Source: a virus (lineage: Duplodnaviria > Caudoviricetes). From it: a stretch of 42,438 nt of DNA. Position numbers and translations under genes: made by a program. The notes beneath the pieces were generated by a model, which saw only the letters and a list, made by a program, of their open reading frames with translations, did no database searches and was not told the origin of the DNA. The DNA lies in IMG/VR virus record IMGVR_UViG_3300025626_001177, positions 1 through 42,438 of that record. One strand, written 5' to 3'. This document shows positions 27,336 to 35,794 of this stretch, piece by piece; the stretch's first letter is position 1, and every line of letters begins with the position of its first letter.

Positions 27336-27997
27336 GCTTCGTTTCTTTCTATGATATAACCACCAAATTCACCATAGCGAAAAAATTCAGTGTATTTGTA
27401 TGAACTAAAAAGAGTTTCTGGATTTATCGGACGCTGTACACCAGACAAAGATAATTCTTTCTTAATAATATCATCTGGTTTTGCGCCACTTTCCATCTTT
27501 GCCCTCAAAGTAAGGCGAGAAAGCACAGTAGATACATAACCACCCGTTGGAATGGTTTTCTCTACTATCACCAACGCGCCATCATCTCTTAGGCTATCCA
27601 TCATGCCATCAAGCAACAAGGTTCGTCTGTGTGGTGGTATGAACATCATTGTGAGGAACATTACCCCAAAGTCAAATTCTTCAAATGAATGTTGTGTAGC
27701 ATCTGTAACAATCACAGGATTGTCACCAGTGTACATATCAGCCATCTGTTGGCTTTTTTCAATCGGAATAAAGTCTACGTTTCTCTCAGTGAGAATAGAC
27801 TTCAAGGTACGCTCTACATTACCTGTACTCGCACCAACATCATAAACAGTACCCTGTTCTGGTATGTAGTGATTAGCGATTTGAGCAATAGCACTACTTA
27901 CCATATCGTACCAAGGTAGTTGTTCGCGCACATGATCGTCAAAGTTTCTTGCGACCTTGACGTCATTAAATGTCCAGTTTGTGGGTATATCAATCAT
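27332..27997 (-). CDS. CmoA-like SAM-binding protein (carboxy-SAM synthase family)
   Basis: WTF....VA..FDDHVREQLPWY, VYDVGASTG, FLTMMFIP, LVIVEK; stop overlaps the methyltransferase start (ATGA). Confidence 0.75.
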   Translation of the reverse strand: MIDIPTNWTFNDVKVARNFDDHVREQLPWYDMVSSAIAQIANHYIPEQGTVYDVGASTGNVERTLKSILTERNVDFIPIEKSQQMADMYTGDNPVIVTDATQHSFEEFDFGVMFLTMMFIPPHRRTLLLDGMMDSLRDDGALVIVEKTIPTGGYVSTVLSRLTLRAKMESGAKPDDIIKKELSLSGVQRPINPETLFSSYKYTEFFRYGEFGGYIIERNEA

Positions 27998-28055
27998 ATT
28001 TCCATACTTTCTTTTCATACATATGAATTTAAATATTCGGTTTCTCCAAATAAAC

Positions 28056-28991
28056 TCATAATACATTCCTATATGCGTATTCTATTGCTCTATCGGCTTC
28101 AACAGCCAAAGGTCTTTTTTCATATTTTCTAGAAGTCTCACTGTCTAGTTCTCTTATCAGTTGCTCCAACTCAAATGATGTGATTGGATACTTTTTACTT
28201 ATTGCATTCATTGCAGTACTTACCATAATTTTATATATCATAGCATATCTGCCAGAATTGTCAACACCAGAAATATCAAACCAATCTTGTATTTGACGTT
28301 TATTCACAAATGGACAATCTCTATATCCTGTCCACTTAAAATCTAAATTATCTAGTTTATTCTTTTCATATTGAATTGCTCTATCCGCTATGTGTTTTGG
28401 CATACGGTCTTTGAAACTACTACCACTTTTCACTTCATATGAATGTTTACTCATTAATTTGTTAGGATCAATATCACTACCAACATTATTGAATATAAAG
28501 TTGTTAGCATTAGAATAATTAGCAGGGATATAATACATCCTGGATAAGTCTTTTGTTTGCCCATCTCCGATTTCACTGAGTTCTTTATTAAGAGCGTACC
28601 AAAAGTGGCGAATTTTAGAATTTTCAACCTCTTTACTGAGCGGAAATACAAGTCTAAACTTTGGGTGGTCAATAGAACTACTAGCGGTACTATAACAAAT
28701 ATAGGTATAATCGCCAAAGCGATTAAATAACTCATCTTTTAAGTTTCCTTTAAAGACATGATCATCAACATCAACAGCAGTCCAATTTGCCCAATTAACC
28801 ACATTCGCGTTTGCCCTAGTCGTATTAGATAAGTAAGTAGCAGGTGATATAAGTTGGGCATCTTTTTTACTTTCTATTTTTTGTTCTGATAATTTATATA
28901 GGAAATCCTTAAAGGCTTCCCACCGCGAGAAATTCATTCTACGGTGGGTTTTGTTATCATATATAGATTTGAATATTGTAAGCGAGTACAC
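28056..28991 (-). CDS. Primase-polymerase (AEP-like) family protein
   Basis: AVDVDDH, YSTASS...PKFRLVFPL, KDLSRMYYIP. Confidence 0.6.
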   Translation of the reverse strand: MYSLTIFKSIYDNKTHRRMNFSRWEAFKDFLYKLSEQKIESKKDAQLISPATYLSNTTRANANVVNWANWTAVDVDDHVFKGNLKDELFNRFGDYTYICYSTASSSIDHPKFRLVFPLSKEVENSKIRHFWYALNKELSEIGDGQTKDLSRMYYIPANYSNANNFIFNNVGSDIDPNKLMSKHSYEVKSGSSFKDRMPKHIADRAIQYEKNKLDNLDFKWTGYRDCPFVNKRQIQDWFDISGVDNSGRYAMIYKIMVSTAMNAISKKYPITSFELEQLIRELDSETSRKYEKRPLAVEADRAIEYAYRNVL

Positions 28992-29332
28992 TACATATCC
29001 TTTAAGTCAGATTCCTTGACAAAAATACCGTCAACCATGCGCCCTTTACGATCTTTAATATCGTTGTAAGCAACTGTTAAACACTCATTCATAGTAATAT
29101 TATTACGTTTCATAATATTGATCATTACAACCATCATATCACCTAAATCGTCACGAATATCATTACCTTTACAAACGCTGTCCGACAATTCTCCCAACTC
29201 TTGCATCAACTTCAAAACTTGGTCTTTGTCACTTGATCCATCAATCAAATTACGATTTTCGTGCCAATCACCAATTTTATTGATTAGTGCCATCACAGGA
29301 AATTCGTGCGTTTTGATTTTTTTAGTTTCCAT
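28991..29332 (-). CDS. mazG: MazG-like nucleotide pyrophosphohydrolase
   Basis: KLMQELGEL...DDLGDMMVV...AYNDIKDRKG. Confidence 0.88.
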   Translation of the reverse strand: METKKIKTHEFPVMALINKIGDWHENRNLIDGSSDKDQVLKLMQELGELSDSVCKGNDIRDDLGDMMVVMINIMKRNNITMNECLTVAYNDIKDRKGRMVDGIFVKESDLKDM

Positions 29333-29353
29333 AATATATCCTTTATTTAAATT

Positions 29354-29388
29354 TGTCCCATACTAACATATATGGGACATTTTGTCAA
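29354..29388 (-). promoter_or_regulatory. Promoter with 9-bp inverted repeat over the -10
   Basis: TTGACA-17-TAGTAT; TGTCCCATA-ctaacata-TATGGGACA. Confidence 0.75.
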
Positions 29389-29394
29389 CATATT

Positions 29395-29598
29395 TTATCT
29401 GTAAACTTCTACTCCAACATGCCAGTATGTTTTAGTATCAGTAACCCATGGCATACTTTTAAATATATCTGCCTCATTTACAAAGAATGGCCCAGTAATG
29501 TAAACATCACAACTAGGATCATACGATTGCTTTTCAGCATCAACAAACTTCAAGGCATCGGCCTCTGAATCAAATTTATACTCTTTTTTACTGTGCAT
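29395..29598 (-). CDS. Small hypothetical protein
   Basis: SD AGGAGA; own promoter (TTGACT 29659-29654, TGATTCG 29639-29645). Confidence 0.7.
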   Translation of the reverse strand: MHSKKEYKFDSEADALKFVDAEKQSYDPSCDVYITGPFFVNEADIFKSMPWVTDTKTYWHVGVEVYR

Positions 29599-29655
29599 GA
29601 TATTCTCCTAATTAATTAACTTCAACTATATGAATACATGATTCGTATTAGGGAG

Positions 29656-30384
29656 TCAATAGAGAAATTCATTTAAATTTGTTCCTAATCTTTTTTCTGC
29701 TATTTTGAAATACTTTTCTTCTTTTTCTATTCCTATAAATTCTCTATTTGTATGGACGCAAGCAACTCCTGTAGTTCCAGAACCCATTGTATTATCAAGA
29801 ACAACATCCCATTCATTAGTGTAAGTTTTTATCAAATATTCCATCAAACCTACTGGTTTTTGAGTAGGATGATAACCTTTTTCTTGTTTATATCTTATCA
29901 CTGTTTTTGGGTATCTTGATCCTTCTGGGTTATCCCTATGTTTTGATTCAGCATTGCCATACACTTCACCAATTTTTGCCGTATCGCTACTAAATCCAGA
30001 ATACGGTGTACTATACCACATTTGAGGATTATAAGTTGGTTTCTCCCTATAAAATACTAAGATATTTTCATGGGATTTTAACGGCATTATCTTCACATTC
30101 ATGGGGTTTGTGCCTTGAGGTTTTTCCCAAATCCATTCATATCTTAAATTATTTATATTAGAAGCAGCAAGAATTGTTGTGAATGGTTGCATTGAGGTAA
30201 AAACCATGGCTGCATTTTTCTTGCAAACCCTATTATATTGTTCCCATAGTTTATCTAATGGAATAATAGAATCCCATTTACATGCAGTAGTGCCATATGG
30301 AAGATCAGCGAGAAGCATATCTACTGAATTATCTTCAATTGTAGGCAATACCTCTAAGCAATCCCCAAGTATAGTTTTTACCAT
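29656..30384 (-). CDS. DNA N6-adenine/N4-cytosine methyltransferase (beta class)
   Basis: ADLPYG, HPTQKP, LDNTMGSGTTG. Confidence 0.92.
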   Translation of the reverse strand: MVKTILGDCLEVLPTIEDNSVDMLLADLPYGTTACKWDSIIPLDKLWEQYNRVCKKNAAMVFTSMQPFTTILAASNINNLRYEWIWEKPQGTNPMNVKIMPLKSHENILVFYREKPTYNPQMWYSTPYSGFSSDTAKIGEVYGNAESKHRDNPEGSRYPKTVIRYKQEKGYHPTQKPVGLMEYLIKTYTNEWDVVLDNTMGSGTTGVACVHTNREFIGIEKEEKYFKIAEKRLGTNLNEFLY

Positions 30385-30938
30385 TCACTCAATTCTTTTA
30401 CATATTCTGATTGTATTAGTTCTCTAAGTTTTTTCTCCGTAACCATGTAATCATCATTCTTTGAATTTTTACCACCTTGTTGATGATTAAAATGATTATC
30501 TGTTTTCAGACAGTTTTCAAACATTTCTTTTGTCATATACACAGCCTTAAATTCATTAGGATTTTCATTTACTCCAATAAAAATAAGACGGTCCCAATCT
30601 TTACCAACTGCGACATGGTTCATTGTAAAGCAATCTTTTTTGATTGATCTTTTTTTAGTGTCTGTATGTGCAACAGAAAACTTAATTTCCGTTTTAATTC
30701 CATTTAAAATTCTATCGTATCCAGCAGTTGATGTATGAGCAAATTCAACATTGTAACCAGCCTTTTCCATTATTAGACTTACTAATCTCTCTCCTAGTTC
30801 ACCCTTTTGTTTATTACCCATATATCTATATCCTTCAAAGGGGCTTCCTATCCATGGGTCATAAAGATTGTTTTGTATATAATCTTGTATTTCATCATTT
30901 TTTGCTAAATTATACATTTCGGCTGCATTTAGTTTCAT
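30378..30938 (-). CDS. Putative PD-(D/E)xK restriction-type endonuclease
   Basis: KGELGE helix, GYD....IKTEIKFS; overlaps the methyltransferase start. Confidence 0.6.
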   Translation of the reverse strand: MKLNAAEMYNLAKNDEIQDYIQNNLYDPWIGSPFEGYRYMGNKQKGELGERLVSLIMEKAGYNVEFAHTSTAGYDRILNGIKTEIKFSVAHTDTKKRSIKKDCFTMNHVAVGKDWDRLIFIGVNENPNEFKAVYMTKEMFENCLKTDNHFNHQQGGKNSKNDDYMVTEKKLRELIQSEYVKELSEW

Positions 30939-30964
30939 AATATAATTATTCCTTTTTTATAAAT

Positions 30965-33466
30965 TTAACAGAAAAAATCTTCTAAAGAAGAACTTTCTTC
31001 AACAGACCAACCTATTGCATCTAAAATTGGTGTAATTGGTTCTACAAAAGTCTTTTCAAATTGAATATCATAATTTACATATTTGTGTAAATTAAATTCA
31101 TTTGGAATGTAATCTGGAAATGATATAACATTTTCCTTTAAAGGGTTAGGCATCTTCAGATAACAAAATTTAATTTTTTCACCATTCTGAATAAGTGCGT
31201 AAGTTTTTCCTAATGCCTTATCTTTTATTTGATGATTATAAAGTAAACTACCTCTAACATGAATTGGTGTACCTTTCTTGTAAATAGTTTTCCTATCACT
31301 CCATTTCACGATATCACTAACACCTCTTGGAAAAGATATATCTTCTGGTGGTAGAGATTTAAACTCTTTCTTAAAATCAGCAATAAACTTTCTAGTTTTT
31401 TCTTCTGATCCAGACATAATGATTTTAAACGACTGCATAAACTTGTCTCGCACTACTTGAGGTGTGCTTGATTTAATGGCCTCAATACCCATGATCTTTA
31501 ATTTTGGTTCTGCGTATTGAACACCTTCATTATTATGAACATTTAGTAAATATCTTTTTTTGGCTGTCCAGATACCACGATCTGCAATCGCTTCTCTTTC
31601 CATAACCATACGATTTGTATATGCATTCATCTGATTAAATAGTTTATCATATGCTTGTTCTAAAATCTTTTCAAAGTGATCGGCACAAATTTTATCCAAC
31701 GCTTTAACAGGGTCTTTAGGTTTCAATTTATCTATAAAAGGTCCAAAGTTGATATACAGTGAATCAGTATCAATAGCAATTACATAATCAAACTTATCGG
31801 TTTTGAGTACTTTATTCATTTCATCATTTATGGCGCGTTCTGCCCATTGAATCGCTAACTGTCCAGACAGAGTAATACCTTCTGCAACACGCATATCAAA
31901 ATACCTAAAGTAAGCATTACCCAAAGCACCATAAAGAGAATTCAATAGAATTTTAATTGCCATTTGCCGATTTTCAAGTTGATTGATTTCCCTATCAAGT
32001 TCAGTAGATGGATTATCTTGATTTTTTTGCATTGCCTCTAGCATCAACTTCTTAGTCGCTTTACGCTCTAACATATAGTCTGCAATAATTTGAGGCACAA
32101 TGCCTTGTCTTTGCCTAGTATAAGTTGATCCATTCGCTGCAACCGAAAGATCATTTTTTATATCTGGTGCATTATTCATATAATATTCAACACCTGATTG
32201 ATAAGTGTTTTCAAGGTCAACTACCAAAGTTTCTGGTGACATATTATATTGAATAATCAAATTAGGATATAGTGAATTCAAATCAAATGAAACTACCCAA
32301 TCATGTAACCCAACTTGAGGTTCTTTAACGTAACCTCCTGGATATGGTGATTTGATTGTATTTTCATTTGGTGGTATAGCAACGTGTTGTTTATTCAGTT
32401 CACGATATATGATTGAGTCCCATATAGCAGTTGTTCCAAGAGTTGCCTCATAGTTCACACCCCCACGATATGCCATAGTAAGTGCAAGAGTAATCAAATC
32501 CATTTTTTCATCAATCTTATCTACTAAGTAAACATCCTTGATATTATAATCAATGAATAATTGATGGTCATTTTTATATAGAGTATGAAGTGTTCCATGC
32601 TCTTCATATGATAGTTTTTTCTCACCAAGAACAGTATGAGCAATATGGTCTAACTTGTAAGATGCTTGGGTTCCATATGAATACCCAAACTTTTTAAATA
32701 AATCCATATAATCTAATTGGGAAATACCAGTTATTTCATAATGTTTATGATTTTGACCAGCAACATTTATATTACGTTCACTAATCAAACCCCATGGAGA
32801 AAACTTTTTTGCGACACTATTACCAGCAATTTTAGTAACGCGATTGATTAGATAAGGCATATCAAACATTTTAATATACCAACCAGTTATAACATCTGGT
32901 GGATTCTTAGTCCAAAATTCCATGTACTTTGCTAATAATTCTAATTCATTTTTACAATGACGATACTGGACAATCAAATCTTGGTTTTCGCGTTTATCAA
33001 CATCATATTCACCCAGACCCCAAACGTGATAAACATTAGAAGTTGATGACTTATGGCAAATTGATATAACAGGATAATCAGCAGCATCTGGATGTGGAAA
33101 ACCATCATCTGATGCAACTTCAATATCTAAGTTTGCGACATTGATTGTTTTACGATTAAACTGTATTTCATCTGGAAACGCGCTTGTTATAAACTGTTGA
33201 ATATAATTAGTCATGCCATAGATTTTGACATTATCCATATCCTTGTAAGTATCTAACCATTCTTTTGCCGCCCTCATAGACTCAAATTCTACTGGAGCAA
33301 CAGAAAGTCCTTCAAGAGTTTTCCATCTCGTATTTTGTTCTTTGCTGCGAACAAAGAGTTTTGGTTTAAATTTAACACGTTTCTCAATACGAATACCGTG
33401 GTCATTATAACCACGGTACAAGAGTGAATTGCCATATCTGGCTACGTTTGTATAAAATGATTTCAA
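30965..33466 (-). CDS. 43: Family B DNA polymerase gp43
   Basis: DIEV exonuclease, SFDLNSLYP, KILLNSLYGALGN, IDTDS; TTG start; no intein or intron seen. Confidence 0.98.
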   Translation of the reverse strand: MKSFYTNVARYGNSLLYRGYNDHGIRIEKRVKFKPKLFVRSKEQNTRWKTLEGLSVAPVEFESMRAAKEWLDTYKDMDNVKIYGMTNYIQQFITSAFPDEIQFNRKTINVANLDIEVASDDGFPHPDAADYPVISICHKSSTSNVYHVWGLGEYDVDKRENQDLIVQYRHCKNELELLAKYMEFWTKNPPDVITGWYIKMFDMPYLINRVTKIAGNSVAKKFSPWGLISERNINVAGQNHKHYEITGISQLDYMDLFKKFGYSYGTQASYKLDHIAHTVLGEKKLSYEEHGTLHTLYKNDHQLFIDYNIKDVYLVDKIDEKMDLITLALTMAYRGGVNYEATLGTTAIWDSIIYRELNKQHVAIPPNENTIKSPYPGGYVKEPQVGLHDWVVSFDLNSLYPNLIIQYNMSPETLVVDLENTYQSGVEYYMNNAPDIKNDLSVAANGSTYTRQRQGIVPQIIADYMLERKATKKLMLEAMQKNQDNPSTELDREINQLENRQMAIKILLNSLYGALGNAYFRYFDMRVAEGITLSGQLAIQWAERAINDEMNKVLKTDKFDYVIAIDTDSLYINFGPFIDKLKPKDPVKALDKICADHFEKILEQAYDKLFNQMNAYTNRMVMEREAIADRGIWTAKKRYLLNVHNNEGVQYAEPKLKIMGIEAIKSSTPQVVRDKFMQSFKIIMSGSEEKTRKFIADFKKEFKSLPPEDISFPRGVSDIVKWSDRKTIYKKGTPIHVRGSLLYNHQIKDKALGKTYALIQNGEKIKFCYLKMPNPLKENVISFPDYIPNEFNLHKYVNYDIQFEKTFVEPITPILDAIGWSVEESSSLEDFFC

Positions 33467-33482
33467 TATTCTTCTCCGTTTG

Positions 33483-33516
33483 GAGTCATTATATCATAAT
33501 ATTGGGTTTTAGTCAA
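33483..33516 (-). promoter_or_regulatory. Gene 43 promoter with GANTC next to the -10
   Basis: TTGACT-17-TATAAT-GACTC. Confidence 0.8.
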
Positions 33517-33520
33517 CAAA

Positions 33521-34108
33521 TTATTTTATATTTTTATCGGTAGACATTGTTATTATTTTCTCTATCATTTCATAAAGTTGTTCTAAAACATTCACACTCT
33601 GAATATTTTTAAAGTTATCATGATCAAACTCTTTTGGTTTTACAACCCACTCAAGTGTTGAGTAAGGTAATTTAACACTAAGTCCATCACCACCACTTGT
33701 AATGTGTGGCAATAAATTTTCTCGTTTTACTATTGCCACTGCATCATTATCAACAATCATCAGATAATCAAATGTGTCAGGTAATATTCTACCATGACTT
33801 GAACCTAGTGTATTGTTCAACTTGATAGAACCAGTTACACATTTCTTTTTTTCTTTACCTTTTGCTGTTGTTAATACATTTGTACCACATTTAGTTTCAA
33901 TACGATATTTTTTAAATTGATGATCTTGCCCAATTAAATCTACATATTGGACTCTACCATCACTCATTTTTTCAATCGCTTTATCTTGTATAATTGATTT
34001 TAAAAAACGTAATGTTCTATCATTTAATTGTGAACCTACAGAATGTCTCATTTCAAAGAAATTTTTCCAATCAACATTTTCCGCGAGTTCTCGCGCCAAA
34101 TTATTCAT
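33521..34108 (-). CDS. Hypothetical protein, possible PD-(D/E)xK nuclease
   Basis: GQD......IETK pattern; TFDYLMIVD. Confidence 0.5.
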   Translation of the reverse strand: MNNLARELAENVDWKNFFEMRHSVGSQLNDRTLRFLKSIIQDKAIEKMSDGRVQYVDLIGQDHQFKKYRIETKCGTNVLTTAKGKEKKKCVTGSIKLNNTLGSSHGRILPDTFDYLMIVDNDAVAIVKRENLLPHITSGGDGLSVKLPYSTLEWVVKPKEFDHDNFKNIQSVNVLEQLYEMIEKIITMSTDKNIK

Positions 34109-34181
34109 AAATGTACCTTTGTAAAAAATTAATAATAATATGATTTTTAGATCATAAACTTAGAATATGACCTGTGGATCA

Positions 34182-34403
34182 TTAATCTTTCTTTGATACA
34201 AAAGAATACATTTCTTTAGCCTTTTCCATTAAATCTTCTGTAGAATAGATTTGATATGCTTCTTTAACTTCTTCGGCTGTTTTTTGACCTTGTTCATATA
34301 GATCATTAGCAAGTTGAATATTCATGTGATATTGTTGATCCATATAGTCTTTTGCCATTTGTAACATTTCGGTTCTAATTTCAAAGGGATTTTTGTGTGT
34401 CAT
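34182..34403 (-). CDS. Conserved T4-like hypothetical protein
   Basis: KNPFEIRTEMLQMAKDY...KAKEMYSFV. Confidence 0.75.
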   Translation of the reverse strand: MTHKNPFEIRTEMLQMAKDYMDQQYHMNIQLANDLYEQGQKTAEEVKEAYQIYSTEDLMEKAKEMYSFVSKKD

Positions 34404-34422
34404 TGTGTGTTCCTATCTAAAT

Positions 34423-34728
34423 TTAATTATGTTCGCCATTGTTTTGGCGTCCGTTGTATCCATCAATTCTGTCAAAAACTTTAGGCTTTCGCTTGGCAGT
34501 TTCAAACGTACCAACAGTAATTACAATCGCTGCAAGTAAGAGGGTGTGTGCGATTGCGTTAATTCCCCAGAACATTATGCTTCCTAAATACATAGAGCAT
34601 ACTGATACCCACATCCATGCAAGAATTTGCATAATCAAATGGCGTACTTGTAAATTAGGAATATTTCTTAATGGATTTATATTTGAATCCATTACACTGT
34701 TCCAAGTGTCAAAAATATGCTGTCTCAT
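34423..34728 (-). CDS. Conserved small membrane protein
   Basis: WNSVMD...NPLRNIP...RHLIMQILAWMW, two TM segments; start after SD GGAG. Confidence 0.75.
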   Translation of the reverse strand: MRQHIFDTWNSVMDSNINPLRNIPNLQVRHLIMQILAWMWVSVCSMYLGSIMFWGINAIAHTLLLAAIVITVGTFETAKRKPKVFDRIDGYNGRQNNGEHN

Positions 34729-34757
34729 TTTAATCTCCATAATTTGTGTGTGTGAAA

Positions 34758-34777
34758 GAAGGGCAATAATGCCCTTC
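34758..34777. terminator. Hairpin (probable terminator of the hsp20 unit)
   Basis: GAAGGGCA-ATAA-TGCCCTTC, followed by TTTC on the minus strand. Confidence 0.6.
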
Positions 34778-34860
34778 CTAGTTTTAAGGTAAAACTCTAA
34801 TCCAGATATATTCTGCAATCTGTCTATAGAGTTTCCATTTCATCATAATATGGTATAAGA

Positions 34861-35025
34861 TCAAACCCATCCGCGAAGGTTTTGGTTCGTTGATGTTTTG
34901 TCCCACGCCCTCATTCTACGTTCCAGATCACATAAATCCTTTGCTTCAGCAAAATATGCATCTCTGGTTTCTATCTCAGTCATAGGTGTTACAATTTGAA
35001 AGAAATTCTTGATCCATTTAATCAT
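34861..35025 (-). CDS. 54-aa DUF3563-like protein, not in the ORF track
   Basis: Manual translation MIKWIKNFF...RDAYFAEAKDLCDLERRMRAWD; ATGA-coupled to the upstream gene. Confidence 0.7.
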   Translation of the reverse strand: MIKWIKNFFQIVTPMTEIETRDAYFAEAKDLCDLERRMRAWDKTSTNQNLRGWV

Positions 35026-35234
35026 TTAAATTTCTCCAAAGTTCTACTATTTAATTCAGCCAGTATTTCATGATCAGACATATTTGGATATTCTATTCTA
35101 AAATATTGAACCAAATCTGCATTCGCTGAACACTGTCTTGAAAATTGAATAGATTTTCCTACAGAAAGAATAAAATCAAAGAGACCTGTTAGACCTCTCG
35201 TTAAGAAGTTGTGCGTTGTTAGTATGTGTTGCAT
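35022..35234 (-). CDS. Small hypothetical protein
   Basis: Start MQHILTT after SD GAGG inside the hsp20 3' end. Confidence 0.6.
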   Translation of the reverse strand: MQHILTTHNFLTRGLTGLFDFILSVGKSIQFSRQCSANADLVQYFRIEYPNMSDHEILAELNSRTLEKFK

Positions 35235-35658
35235 TTGAGTTTTCCTCGTAATTGCCAATTTTAATTTTACGAGGACGCATTGATTCTGGAATGACGTACT
35301 GCAATTCAATTGCCAGAATACCATCTAGAATATTTGCTCCGTTTACTTGTACGTGTTCAGACAGCCTAAAGGTTCGTTTAAATTTCTTTGTTGAAATGCC
35401 ACGATGGATAAATTCTCTACCTTTAGAAACGTGTTCACCAGTTACTGTCAAAGTTCTATCTTTTACTTCAACATTAATTTCATCTTGTGAAAATCCAGCA
35501 ATAGCAAGTTCAATCAAATAATCTGATTCTCCTGCTTTAATAATATTGTGTGGTGGATAGTGATCTTGAGCATGTTTAGCAGTGAACTCTAGTTCATTGA
35601 ATAAATGGTCAAAACCCACGAAAGATGAACGTGGAAAAAGTGTTTGTAAGCCTGTCAT
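35176..35658 (-). CDS. hsp20: Small heat-shock protein (IbpA-like)
   Basis: VGFDHLF, YPPHNI, ELAIAGF, HRGIS, DGILAI, PRKIKI. Confidence 0.95.
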   Translation of the reverse strand: MTGLQTLFPRSSFVGFDHLFNELEFTAKHAQDHYPPHNIIKAGESDYLIELAIAGFSQDEINVEVKDRTLTVTGEHVSKGREFIHRGISTKKFKRTFRLSEHVQVNGANILDGILAIELQYVIPESMRPRKIKIGNYEENSNATHTNNAQLLNERSNRSL

Positions 35659-35777
35659 TGTTATCTCCTTTTGATCAAGCAAGATTGTAATGGGACCGAT
35701 TATTCGCATCCCCTTGGTTTGATTAGCATCAAGATGCTAACTCATTACTATATATGTTTTTATTTCGTGATTTCAAG
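35659..35777 (-). promoter_or_regulatory. RpoH-like promoter and ROSE-like RNA thermometer leader of hsp20
   Basis: CTTGAA-15-CATATAT; hairpins TTAGCATC/GATGCTAA and GGGA..TCCC; TCTTGCTT pairs with SD AAGGAGA. Confidence 0.7.
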
Positions 35778-35794
35778 AGGTCAAGTAAAAAAAA

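Noticed and set aside
29656-30384. CcrM orthologue
   Set aside because: It has a generic phage DLPY-type MTase sequence without the CcrM DPPYNL signature; specificity cannot be read by eye.
30965-33466. Intein, intron or split gene 43
   Set aside because: Single continuous 833-aa ORF with normally spaced motifs.
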